The notes beneath the pieces were generated by a model that ran no database searches, was not told where the DNA came from, and saw only the letters and a list, made by a program, of their open reading frames with translations. A stretch of DNA of 64,000 nt from a virus. Location: IMG/VR virus record IMGVR_UViG_3300044878_000082, positions 48,940 through 112,939 of that record; one strand, given 5' to 3'. The translations under genes and the position numbers were made by a program. Below, one piece after another: positions 39,823 through 48,250 of this stretch; within the stretch, counting starts at the first letter, position 1; each line of letters starts with the position of its first letter.

Positions 39823-41244
39823 ATGGAATTAGATGATTTCTTCGAACAGGCTCCACGCCTTCGCCCAATCTTTAACTTGGGCTGCCTGTTTGACATTCCG
39901 ACAGGACGTTACTACAAGGGCAAACATGGGGAGATGATTCTCTGTGGTGGTCTGGCGTCGTTCACCGGCATTGCTGGTCGCGGCAACATGGGTAAGTCGC
40001 TGATTGCCCACTTCATGATTCTTCGGATCATGGCCCGTTACATGGCTAAGGCTAACTTCTACGATACCGAGACGTCCATGACTCTCGAACGTCTGTACCA
40101 GTTGGCTATGCAGTTCCCTGAGCTGATGGGTGAAGATCTGGCTGAGCTGAAGAAGCTCGTCCTGACCGACTCCACCATGGTCTCGGGTAACAAGTGGTTC
40201 GACAAGTTCCGTGACATGTCCAACCTCAAGAAGAAAGAGCAGAAGTCGTTGTACAAGACCATGCCTTTCATCGACAACAAAGGCGAGTTCATCAAAGCGA
40301 TCATGCCGCACTTGTTCGAGATCGACTCCCTCAGTATGTTCATCACGGACTCTGTGGAAGGCATCTACGACAAGAACGAGATCGGTGACTCCGGTGCCAA
40401 CACCGACGCCTTGCGTTCTGCTGCGGCTAAAACGCAGATGCTGATGCAGATGCCAAACCTGACCGCTGGTGCGAACAACCTCGTGATTGCTACTGCTCAC
40501 GTTGGCGACAAGCATCAACTCGATCAGTACGCACCTGATCCGAAGAAGCTGGCCTTCCTCAAAGGGAAGAACGTCTTCAAGAACGTTCCTGAGAAGTTTA
40601 CGTTCCTCACGAACAACCTGTGGTACTGCAACTCGGTCACTGTCCTTCAGAACAAGGCTACCAAAGCTCCTGAGTTCCCTGCTGGACCAGAAGACAACCT
40701 TGAAGGCGACACTGACCTGAACTTGCTCGTATTGCAGAACCTGCGAGCTAAGAGCGGCCCTACAGGGATGCCGTTCGAAGTTATCTACTCTCAGCGTGAA
40801 GGCTTGCTGGTGGGGATGACTGAGTTCAACTACTGCAAGTTCTTCAAGTACGGTATCGGCGGTCATGACCGTGCCTACTACATCGAGCTGTGTCCGGAAG
40901 TCACCATGCAGCGTACAACCGTGCGTGGCAAGATCCGTGACACCCCGCGCCTGCAACGTGCGCTGGAGATCCAGTCGGAAATGTGCCAGATGGAAAACCT
41001 CGGCTTTGTACAAGCCCGTGGTTACCTGATGGAGCCGAAGGAACTCTACGAGAAGATCAAGGCGATGGGCTACAACTGGGATGAGCTGCTGGATACTCGT
41101 GGCTACTGGGACTTCGAAGAGAACAAGAACCCGAAGAACTTCTTGTCGACCTTCGACCTCCTGCGTATGGCTAAGGGTGAGTACGTTCCTTACTGGTACA
41201 AAGGTAAGGTCAACATCTCGGAACTCAAAGCGGCAGCAGCGTGA
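39823..41244 (+). CDS. uvsX: UvsX/RecA-like recombinase (phiKZ gp152-like)
   Basis: NLGCLFDIPTG, Walker A GRGNMGKS, YDTE, Walker B FEIDSLS, LRAKSGPTG. Confidence 0.88.
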   Translation: MELDDFFEQAPRLRPIFNLGCLFDIPTGRYYKGKHGEMILCGGLASFTGIAGRGNMGKSLIAHFMILRIMARYMAKANFYDTETSMTLERLYQLAMQFPELMGEDLAELKKLVLTDSTMVSGNKWFDKFRDMSNLKKKEQKSLYKTMPFIDNKGEFIKAIMPHLFEIDSLSMFITDSVEGIYDKNEIGDSGANTDALRSAAAKTQMLMQMPNLTAGANNLVIATAHVGDKHQLDQYAPDPKKLAFLKGKNVFKNVPEKFTFLTNNLWYCNSVTVLQNKATKAPEFPAGPEDNLEGDTDLNLLVLQNLRAKSGPTGMPFEVIYSQREGLLVGMTEFNYCKFFKYGIGGHDRAYYIELCPEVTMQRTTVRGKIRDTPRLQRALEIQSEMCQMENLGFVQARGYLMEPKELYEKIKAMGYNWDELLDTRGYWDFEENKNPKNFLSTFDLLRMAKGEYVPYWYKGKVNISELKAAAA

Positions 41245-41414
41245 TGGAAAGAACCATCGGTGGTCTGAAACGATACGACCTCGTCCAGAAGTGCTACGCT
41301 CTGGTCACTGAGGATCGAATGTCCTTCTGGGAATCCACAAAGCGGCGCTTGGAACTTCGAAAGATTTCTCTAGGCGGCGTCTTGAGGATGTGTACCGCGC
41401 AAGCAAAACAATAA
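41244..41414 (+). CDS. Small basic protein (56 aa), absent from the ORF track
   Basis: TGATG overlap with uvsX; MERTIGGLKRYDLVQKC...AQAKQ; fills the gap to the next gene. Confidence 0.5.
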   Translation: MERTIGGLKRYDLVQKCYALVTEDRMSFWESTKRRLELRKISLGGVLRMCTAQAKQ

Positions 41415-41428
41415 AATGGAGCTTACAG

Positions 41429-41632
41429 ATGGAATGGCTGATACTGGCGTTGGTTGTTGGGGTACTCCTCTTTGGTGCATGGTTGTCGTGTAGCAATGAG
41501 ATTGATGAATGGAACGAAGGCATCTGTCCTGAATCGGGTGAGCCTTGGGTTTTGATCGACAACAGTGAAGCCGGACGTCTGTACAGCGACGGGCGTGGTA
41601 ATACGATCTGGATGTCGTGGTTCTACCCTTAA
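41429..41632 (+). CDS. Small membrane-anchored protein (67 aa)
   Basis: GGAG RBS; TM WLILALVVGVLLFGAWL; WNEGICPESGEPW. Confidence 0.7.
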   Translation: MEWLILALVVGVLLFGAWLSCSNEIDEWNEGICPESGEPWVLIDNSEAGRLYSDGRGNTIWMSWFYP

Positions 41633-41671
41633 GCATAGCGGCCTAACCTTCGGGTTAGGCTTTTATGCCGT
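41633..41671 (+). terminator. Hairpin with GCATA/TATGCC flanks
   Basis: GCCTAACC-TTCG-GGTTAGGC-TTTTATGCCGT. Confidence 0.85.
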
Positions 41672-41677
41672 TTCCTC

Positions 41678-41714
41678 AAATAAAAAAATCTCAGATATAT
41701 ATTACTCCAGTGAA
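41678..41714 (+). promoter_or_regulatory. phiKZ-type early promoter
   Basis: A-tract followed by an exact TATATTAC at 41698-41705, directly after a terminator and before a small-gene operon. Confidence 0.75.
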
Positions 41715-41766
41715 TAGGATAGCAATATCGTGTTCATTAATCTCAATCCTTAGAAGGAATGTAACA

Positions 41767-42045
41767 ATGCAACCTACTGATCTCGGTAACGAACCTACCA
41801 ACGTCTGGGCTTTGATGAGCGCAGCCGATCACCAAGGTATTGAAACCATCACTACGGGGATGGCGATTACCGGTGGGGTGTTGGTGAAGAACGTCACCAT
41901 CGTTCGTGAGAGCAAAGGTTTCGCCTGTGATAAGAACACTGTTGGCACTTCGGAGTCGACTGTCTTTATCCCAGGTGTGGAGTTGGTTCGTGGTTCCCGT
42001 GCTGGGTTCTACGAAATCAACTACATGCCAGGCAACCGTAACTAA
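41767..42045 (+). CDS. Early hypothetical protein (92 aa)
   Basis: AGAAGGA RBS; ATG at 41767. Confidence 0.7.
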   Translation: MQPTDLGNEPTNVWALMSAADHQGIETITTGMAITGGVLVKNVTIVRESKGFACDKNTVGTSESTVFIPGVELVRGSRAGFYEINYMPGNRN

Positions 42046-42051
42046 ACAACC

Positions 42052-42074
42052 CCGCCCTCTTCGGAGGGCAACCC
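42052..42074 (+). repeat. 23-nt hairpin repeat, copy 1
   Basis: CCGCCCTCTTCGGAGGGCAACCC, identical to 42703-42725. Confidence 0.9.
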
Positions 42075-42101
42075 AATCTAAAGTTCTATGGAGAACTAGC
42101 T

Positions 42102-42689
42102 ATGTCCGCACTGCTGAAACTGAAACCTGCTATGGATTTCCTCCGTAAGCAAACCTCCATCGTGGTTGATGGTCAGGTGATCGAACACTGTCACTTCGGT
42201 GTGGTGGAATCGCCGACTGGTAATCCTGGTCTGGTGATGCTGCCTCGCACCGATGGTCAACTGCGTGTTCTGGAACTGGTGAACGACCAAGTCGTCCCAT
42301 CGGTCTGGATCACCAAACTGATTCCTCACCACTTCCGTGGGTCGCTTGGTAAGGATCTCGACGAAGCTGTGGCGGTGTTCAACCGTCAGATGCAGTTCAA
42401 GATCCTGCTGGTGGTGACCTTCGGCCAAGTGGCTGAGGAAGTCTTTGAAGTGAACCCAACGGTGGTTCGCGAACTGGAGCTGGCTTTGTTGGCCGGTCGT
42501 GTTGAGGCTTCCCGCTTCTACATCTATCTGGATGAAGAAGGCGGCACCAAGATGTTGGTGATGACGCCAGACAACGAGTACGAAGTGCTGGGTAAATCCA
42601 AGCACAGTGCTACGTTGATCGTCAGGACTCCGATCACGGCGTTGGTGGCGGAGAAGATCCGCAACAACGAACCATGGACTGAGTGCTAA
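42102..42689 (+). CDS. Early hypothetical protein (195 aa)
   Basis: GGAG RBS within a repeated leader. Confidence 0.7.
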   Translation: MSALLKLKPAMDFLRKQTSIVVDGQVIEHCHFGVVESPTGNPGLVMLPRTDGQLRVLELVNDQVVPSVWITKLIPHHFRGSLGKDLDEAVAVFNRQMQFKILLVVTFGQVAEEVFEVNPTVVRELELALLAGRVEASRFYIYLDEEGGTKMLVMTPDNEYEVLGKSKHSATLIVRTPITALVAEKIRNNEPWTEC

Positions 42690-42702
42690 GTCCTCCGTAA
42701 CA

Positions 42703-42725
42703 CCGCCCTCTTCGGAGGGCAACCC
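42703..42725 (+). repeat. 23-nt hairpin repeat, copy 2
   Basis: Identical to 42052-42074. Confidence 0.9.
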
Positions 42726-42755
42726 TAATCCTAAATCCTTAGAAGGAATTACACC

Positions 42756-43061
42756 ATGTGCACATTTACCTCGATCCTGACTCGCGCTCTGCAAATCAAC
42801 TCCTTGGCAATGGTTGAAGAAGCTATGGCTGAACACAACCGCCTGACCGAAGCCGAGAACATCGTTTACTGGAAACGGTTCGATGAGATCCGTCGTACCC
42901 GTAAAGAAATGCAAGACAACTCCATCACAGCGATCTACATTGACTCGCTGAAGTACGACATGAACGTGATCAATCGCGATCAAGGTCGTCGTACGATTGC
43001 TCTGAAGCGTTACACCGACATGATCATGGCTAATGTTTCCCCTGTTAAAAACGCAGCATAA
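42756..43061 (+). CDS. Early hypothetical protein (101 aa)
   Basis: AGAAGGA RBS within a repeated leader. Confidence 0.7.
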   Translation: MCTFTSILTRALQINSLAMVEEAMAEHNRLTEAENIVYWKRFDEIRRTRKEMQDNSITAIYIDSLKYDMNVINRDQGRRTIALKRYTDMIMANVSPVKNAA

Positions 43062-43088
43062 ATCTAAAGTTCTGTGGAGAACGAAACT

Positions 43089-43301
43089 ATGTGGTACAAA
43101 AGAAAGAATCTGGCTGGTGGCGTTATGGTTATCAGCGGTGAGATTGTAAACCTGTGCACTCTGGACTTCTCGGAAGACGGTTGCGTACAGAACACAGTCG
43201 GTGATCGACTGGACCCAGTAGACTTCCCAGTGGAAGAGTTGTCCTACGCCATGCGCGATTGGGAAAACACTTCGCTGTGGAGTGAAGGTCGGGTTTGGTA
43301 A
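43089..43301 (+). CDS. Early hypothetical protein (70 aa)
   Basis: ATG at 43089 after the GGAGAAC leader. Confidence 0.65.
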   Translation: MWYKRKNLAGGVMVISGEIVNLCTLDFSEDGCVQNTVGDRLDPVDFPVEELSYAMRDWENTSLWSEGRVW

Positions 43302-43337
43302 GACGCAACAATAATCTTAGGTTCTGTGGAGAACGAT

Positions 43338-43733
43338 ATGAATACTGCAAAAGTCAATGCTGGTCGGGTGTTGATCCAGTCCAAGCAAATCGAATTGAAA
43401 AACCTCATGACTAAGTTCAGGCGCTCTGCCGAACTCTACAGTCGGTGGGTAGCGCAACACAAAAAGGAACAACCCGCGTACACCGAAGAGAACATGGAGA
43501 CTCTGGCTCTCCATGTGATCCACGCGGTGCTGGTGGGTGACCTGTATATGGTCCAGTTCTGGGCTGCCTGTTGCACCCATGTCAAGAATGATCTTGACAC
43601 TGCGATCAAACGCGAAATCCGCTTTCGTCATCAGGTCGACCGTGTCGTGAAAATCGTCGAGGCGTATCGAGATCTGATCTCAGCCAAAGGTGCAGAAATC
43701 CAAGAACTCTACCGCTCGCTCGAGCAGGGTTGA
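43338..43733 (+). CDS. Early hypothetical protein (131 aa)
   Basis: ATG at 43338 after the GGAGAAC leader. Confidence 0.7.
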   Translation: MNTAKVNAGRVLIQSKQIELKNLMTKFRRSAELYSRWVAQHKKEQPAYTEENMETLALHVIHAVLVGDLYMVQFWAACCTHVKNDLDTAIKREIRFRHQVDRVVKIVEAYRDLISAKGAEIQELYRSLEQG

Positions 43734-43747
43734 GTTTAACCGATAAC

Positions 43748-43781
43748 AAATAGCCCTGCTTGTACAGAGGGTTATTTTTTT
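43748..43781 (+). terminator. Intrinsic terminator closing the early operon
   Basis: AAATAGCCCT...AGGGTTATTTTTTT. Confidence 0.75.
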
Positions 43782-43856
43782 GTCTCCAGTAATTCTTAAT
43801 ATAACGAGGTAACTATATAGGTGGTGTCCCCTTAACTAACTTTCGAGGCTTAAAGA

Positions 43857-44135
43857 ATGAATTCCTTTTTCGATTCAGTCGTACAATGCTTGAGTAAACA
43901 CAGTCGTGATGCGGCGACCAAGCTCCACCATCACACGCCGAGTGCGGCACTGAACGTTAGTCCCATTGCTCACATCAACAACTACCTGCGGGTTCAGTTG
44001 GGTATGTTGCCGTGCTCCACGGTTGCCGAACGTGAGTGCCTGATGGACGATGTCTCCGAACGCGAATGGCTACGCTTGTTCAACAAACACGTAGCTCCAA
44101 CGATTGCAGCTTACGGGTTGCCTGCCTGGAAATAA
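43857..44135 (+). CDS. Hypothetical protein (92 aa)
   Basis: GAGG upstream; first gene of the operon containing the RNAP subunit. Confidence 0.65.
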   Translation: MNSFFDSVVQCLSKHSRDAATKLHHHTPSAALNVSPIAHINNYLRVQLGMLPCSTVAERECLMDDVSEREWLRLFNKHVAPTIAAYGLPAWK

Positions 44136-44139
44136 GATC

Positions 44140-44739
44140 ATGAACACTGGTTCCCTGAGTCGTTTCTTTTTACCCAATGGTGGCGTTGACGTGTTTGCTT
44201 TGGCTGTCGAGTCTACCAGACTTTCTCAGAGGGGAATCGAGATGCCTGTTGGGTTTGACCAGACCTTGATGAACAGCGTCAGCAGTAACAGAGAATGTAC
44301 CGATGCAATGCCTTCGTTTGAAGTGCGGCATCAAACCCGTGGTCTTTACGACGTCGTACACTTGCTGGTGTATTGCCCAGACTTCGTAGGGGACATGGTG
44401 TCGATTGAGAACACCGTACTGGCTTTACTGAAAGACCTTGGCTGGGACCCAGAACTACCGCGTGTCGGTGCTGTTGTCCACATGGCCGGAGGAGACGGTT
44501 TCGTCAACGCAATGACGTACGTAGTTGCACGCCAGCGCTTACCCCACCACAGCGTATGGTTATCGAAGGATAATGGAGAAGCCCAAGAGGCGCTAGATCA
44601 CGAGTTGAAGCAATGTACCCACGCAGTCGAATTCACTTCACGACGTATGGCTACACAGTGCTACTCGCAGCAGTCTCACTTCGGTAATCTGGCCTACAAC
44701 CACGGACTGTCTTACCTTAAGTTCGTTTTGAATGAGTGA
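44140..44739 (+). CDS. Hypothetical protein
   Basis: ATG at 44140 just after the upstream stop. Confidence 0.6.
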   Translation: MNTGSLSRFFLPNGGVDVFALAVESTRLSQRGIEMPVGFDQTLMNSVSSNRECTDAMPSFEVRHQTRGLYDVVHLLVYCPDFVGDMVSIENTVLALLKDLGWDPELPRVGAVVHMAGGDGFVNAMTYVVARQRLPHHSVWLSKDNGEAQEALDHELKQCTHAVEFTSRRMATQCYSQQSHFGNLAYNHGLSYLKFVLNE

Positions 44740-44770
44740 TCCTATAGGGAACTAATTAGGATCACTTACC

Positions 44771-45442
44771 ATGGGCAATCGTAAAGCTGCTACCGATATG
44801 ATCTTGAAGTACATCGAGAAGATCTTACCCGGTAGCCCGAATACCGCGTTCTACGTGAAACGTTTGGCAGAGATGTCAGACGCAGAGTTCGCCAAGTTCA
44901 TGAAGAATCTGGAGGACGGGACTGAGATCCTGACCATCAAGACTCCGAACCTGTCGAAACAGAAGTTGGACTTACAACGCAACTTGGGAATCGCCAAGGA
45001 GCTGGGTCACGACTTCTTCCAATACCTGATCCTGACGGACCCGACTACCGGTGAGGTCTACAAGACTCCTGTGAAGTATCTGGTCATTGACGTTCCACTA
45101 CGGCGTCAGGTTCAATTGTTGCAGAGTAAAGCGACCATCCCTGAGAACAACAAGCACATCGACGAACTGTCTGGCCAATCCACCGGCCCCTCCAAAGGTT
45201 CGAAGATCTCCTTCCCTGAACTTCAGGTGTTGTTTGCTCAGGGTCTGGATTCAACGATCACCGAGCTGATCAAGTTCCGTGGTGGTGACGCCAAGGCCTT
45301 TAACGCCATGAACCGTGCCATCATCGAGAACGGTGGGGTGAGTATTGAATACCTCGCTCAGTTTGGTACCAAGGTTAAGTCGGTGACTACCCTGTCGACC
45401 CTGCTTAAAACCATCCACCTCGATAACACACTGGACAAGTAA
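44771..45442 (+). CDS. Virion RNA polymerase beta C-terminal subunit (phiKZ gp149-like)
   Basis: TDPTTG, RRQVQLLQSK, DELSGQ, SKGSKISFPELQVL (RpoB GQRFGEME equivalent) and ELIKFRGGD. Confidence 0.85.
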   Translation: MGNRKAATDMILKYIEKILPGSPNTAFYVKRLAEMSDAEFAKFMKNLEDGTEILTIKTPNLSKQKLDLQRNLGIAKELGHDFFQYLILTDPTTGEVYKTPVKYLVIDVPLRRQVQLLQSKATIPENNKHIDELSGQSTGPSKGSKISFPELQVLFAQGLDSTITELIKFRGGDAKAFNAMNRAIIENGGVSIEYLAQFGTKVKSVTTLSTLLKTIHLDNTLDK

Positions 45443-45918
45443 TGAAAGAATTGCTGAATGACATTACCGCCGCTCTGCGTCGTCGCTTCAATGCGATGCT
45501 GGATGACGAAGGTAAGGTGCATGTGGTGGAGTTTCTTTTTTTCCTCCAGAATGACATCCGTCTGAATCAGTTGGCCACCGAGACCCAGATCGAAGAACTG
45601 TGGGAACACATCCGTGACAAAGAGGCACTGGTTGACTTTGTCCACGGTGGTAGCCAACAAATGCGTTTCATCTTGGGTGACGAAGAGTGGAGTGCTCTGG
45701 TTGCTCGGTTGGCTGACGCATTCACGGTTAACTACGAGGCCAGTATCGAACTGTCCGAAGAGCAGACCATCGGTGAAGACCTGCTGGAGCGTATGGTTTC
45801 CAAACCTAACCTCACTGTCTTCTTGACTCACTATCCGTGGCTGGTGCTGGTACTACTGATCGACTTGTTGGATCTCGACGTTGTACTAGCCGGCCAGCGA
45901 CCTGAAGAGGCTGCGTAA
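45442..45918 (+). CDS. Hypothetical protein
   Basis: TAATG overlap with the upstream gene. Confidence 0.7.
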   Translation: MKELLNDITAALRRRFNAMLDDEGKVHVVEFLFFLQNDIRLNQLATETQIEELWEHIRDKEALVDFVHGGSQQMRFILGDEEWSALVARLADAFTVNYEASIELSEEQTIGEDLLERMVSKPNLTVFLTHYPWLVLVLLIDLLDLDVVLAGQRPEEAA

Positions 45919-46622
45919 TGGATCAACACATCCTCTGTGAGATTGATGCCCTGATTGACACCCGACTACCTTCCATAGCTCGGGTTAATCCAGACGCTGC
46001 GGCCAAGATGGTGAACGACTACTACTGGTTGCGTCTGTCTGACGACTTCGAGAAGTACACGGGTGGGTTGGTGACGAACGAGGCTTACAAAGCTCAGTAC
46101 GCCAAACGGGACGTTGACACACTACGGGGTGGGTTGGGCACAGAGATGTGTTTGTCTCTGACCAGCATCTTTGCAAACCTGTGTGACCAGCGGATCAACA
46201 CGCCTCTGGTAACAGACGTTAAGCTGACCATCAACTTCTATCCGTACATCTTGGCGGAAGAAGAGATCGAGGCTTTCCTCACCAGCATTGCCGTGTTCAC
46301 CAACAACGAAGTCAAGTTGGGCCATGTGTGGTTGTCGCCTGATGAAATCACTCCAGCGTTCTTGGATGCAGACTACTCAGCCTACATCCTCTACGACTTC
46401 AACAACTGGATGCGGTTTCAAGAGCAACGGTTTATCGACAAGGTAATTCCCAGCATCACCGTGTTTGCTCCGGCAATCTCTGCGGTGGGGGATTTCACTG
46501 AGGAAGACATTACAGTGGCTAACGTGGGTGTGGTGTCTCCCTTTGAGATGCTGGAGTTCACGAGCAAACTGTACATGAACCTTCAGTTGGTTGCGGTTGA
46601 CCAGTTCTGTCCTGTTCGGTAA
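45918..46622 (+). CDS. Conserved phiKZ-like protein (gp147-like)
   Basis: EIDALIDTRL and INFYPY.L motifs; TAATG overlap. Confidence 0.7.
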   Translation: MDQHILCEIDALIDTRLPSIARVNPDAAAKMVNDYYWLRLSDDFEKYTGGLVTNEAYKAQYAKRDVDTLRGGLGTEMCLSLTSIFANLCDQRINTPLVTDVKLTINFYPYILAEEEIEAFLTSIAVFTNNEVKLGHVWLSPDEITPAFLDADYSAYILYDFNNWMRFQEQRFIDKVIPSITVFAPAISAVGDFTEEDITVANVGVVSPFEMLEFTSKLYMNLQLVAVDQFCPVR

Positions 46623-46659
46623 CGGCATAAGGAGAGGCCACAAGGCCTCTCTCTATGAC
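46622..46659. terminator. Bidirectional hairpin with GGCATA/TATGA flanks
   Basis: ACGGCATAAG-GAGAGGCC-ACAA-GGCCTCTC-TCTATGAC. Confidence 0.75.
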
Positions 46660-46697
46660 CGTATTTAAAATTACGGTGTATGACGATACTATGTCGT

Positions 46698-47123
46698 TCA
46701 CTCGTCTTCGAAGTCTTTTACGAATTCGCCGAAGTTCATGTTCGCTGTACCGATGCTCATTTCCCCAGGAACTGGCTCTACCTTGGGTAGCTTGTGGAGT
46801 TCGCCGTCAACGTACTGCTCAATCAGCAACCCACCACCCACGGTGGAGTTACCGTTCTCGTACGGAATGTTCGAGCCGAACTTACGCACAACGTCAGCGA
46901 TTACACTGGCCACGTACTTATCAGAGTCAGCCAGTTTCTCTGCCGCACCGATTCGCTTGTTGCCCAAGGCCTGACGGTCCATGTCATTCCACAGGGTCAT
47001 TAACTGCCCTTGTGTATCAGTATCACTGGGCCAACCATTTTTCAACAACTCTGCCTCAAGAGCCTTACGTTGCTTTTGGGTAAACCGCAGAATGTTGTCG
47101 TCCGTTAAAAGGTCCTCAGACAT
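46698..47123 (-). CDS. Hypothetical protein (141 aa)
   Basis: GAGGAA RBS on the minus strand. Confidence 0.7.
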   Translation of the reverse strand: MSEDLLTDDNILRFTQKQRKALEAELLKNGWPSDTDTQGQLMTLWNDMDRQALGNKRIGAAEKLADSDKYVASVIADVVRKFGSNIPYENGNSTVGGGLLIEQYVDGELHKLPKVEPVPGEMSIGTANMNFGEFVKDFEDE

Positions 47124-47139
47124 GTTCAGTTCCTCGCTT

Positions 47140-47172
47140 AAAAAGATTACAAATGTATATTATTCCATTGAA
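47140..47172 (+). promoter_or_regulatory. Second early-type promoter candidate
   Basis: A-tract plus TATATTAT-TCCATTGAA, versus TATATTAC-TCCAGTGAA at 41698. Confidence 0.5.
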
Positions 47173-47178
47173 GCTAGT

Positions 47179-47769
47179 TTGAGAAAACTGCTTAGTGGAG
47201 TAGTTGGAAAGAAACCCACGTTGCAGAATCAAATCGAATCGGTGATCCTGAAGTATACAGTTGACGGAGTCGTTCATGCCGACGTACGTTACTGCATGGA
47301 TTTGGCACGGTTGGTTGATCCCGCACAACTCAAGCGATACACACCATTGATGGGACTTTCTATCAATGTCAGTGTGATCAACCCGACGGTACATTCCTTG
47401 TTACTGTTGCTGAACGAGTGTTCACGCATCGTACATGACAAAGGCTTAGTGCCTGAACGTATCCAGAAAAGCCGTAACCTACCCGGAAACGTGCGTGTTG
47501 TAAAACTGGACGACTACCTGTCTACGGACAAGGGTCATCAACTAGAACCTGTGGAGGTTTATAATGCCCTCAATCTACAACTGGAGTATCTCCAGAAAGC
47601 TTTACTCGTCGAATCCGCTGATTCCAAAAGTGGGGTCGATTACTACACCCGTCAATTCACGCACCTGATGGGTGATGTGGAAGCCGTAGTTAAAGCTTTC
47701 CTGGAGGTCCAAACGTATGCAAAACAAGGAACTCAATCAGGTACTCAGCTCCAAAACCAAAAGGGCTGA
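47179..47769 (+). CDS. Hypothetical protein (start uncertain)
   Basis: The track start at 46981 overlaps the opposite gene; in-frame TTG at 47179 chosen downstream of the promoter-like motif. Confidence 0.55.
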   Translation: MRKLLSGVVGKKPTLQNQIESVILKYTVDGVVHADVRYCMDLARLVDPAQLKRYTPLMGLSINVSVINPTVHSLLLLLNECSRIVHDKGLVPERIQKSRNLPGNVRVVKLDDYLSTDKGHQLEPVEVYNALNLQLEYLQKALLVESADSKSGVDYYTRQFTHLMGDVEAVVKAFLEVQTYAKQGTQSGTQLQNQKG

Positions 47770-48193
47770 GGAAGCCACTGGTACATTGAGCAAGCTGTTT
47801 CGACAGATCTTGAGTGATCAGAACTTCAGCATGAATACGTGGAACCGTAACATGCTGCGGTACCTGAAAGATCCCCGTAACCGTATCCCGCAAAACTCTC
47901 GAGACATGTCCTCAGCACGAGGCAACCTGTCGAAAGAACTCTTGAAGCGTTCCATGACTTGGGGCGTCTTTGAGAAAGCAATTCGATTCCTGAATCCGTG
48001 GCGTGTGCGGCTGACTCTGGAATTCGAATGGCGCTCTGGACTCAAGACTGAGTACTCGGCGATCATTCATGTGGGTGACAAGTCTGAGCAAGAGACTGAA
48101 GAATCCGCTATCCCCGTCAAGCATCCTGGCGTGACTGCTGCGAACCTCGATGAGGCTATCAAGGCAATCATGGACGCACACAAAGATACTTGA
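47717..48193 (+). CDS. Conserved basic hypothetical protein
   Basis: GGAGGT RBS; LSKLFRQIL and RGNLSKELL..SMTW.VF.K motifs. Confidence 0.7.
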   Translation: MQNKELNQVLSSKTKRAEEATGTLSKLFRQILSDQNFSMNTWNRNMLRYLKDPRNRIPQNSRDMSSARGNLSKELLKRSMTWGVFEKAIRFLNPWRVRLTLEFEWRSGLKTEYSAIIHVGDKSEQETEESAIPVKHPGVTAANLDEAIKAIMDAHKDT

Positions 48194-48200
48194 CTTCCTG

Positions 48201-48228
48201 GCCGCTTCTAACGAGGCGGCTTTATGCC
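48201..48228 (+). terminator. Hairpin followed by TTTATGCC
   Basis: GCCGCTTC-TAAC-GAGGCGGC-TTTATGCC. Confidence 0.65.
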
Positions 48229-48250
48229 CTAAAGAAAGAAGGTTTACAGA

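Noticed and set aside
41429-41632. Outer-spanin lipoprotein
   Set aside because: WLSC is a poor lipobox, there is no basic N-region, and the gene is far from the lysis genes.
41745-43340. CRISPR array or classical integron
   Set aside because: There are three repeat types separated by whole genes, no cas or integrase gene, and no recognisable attC structure.
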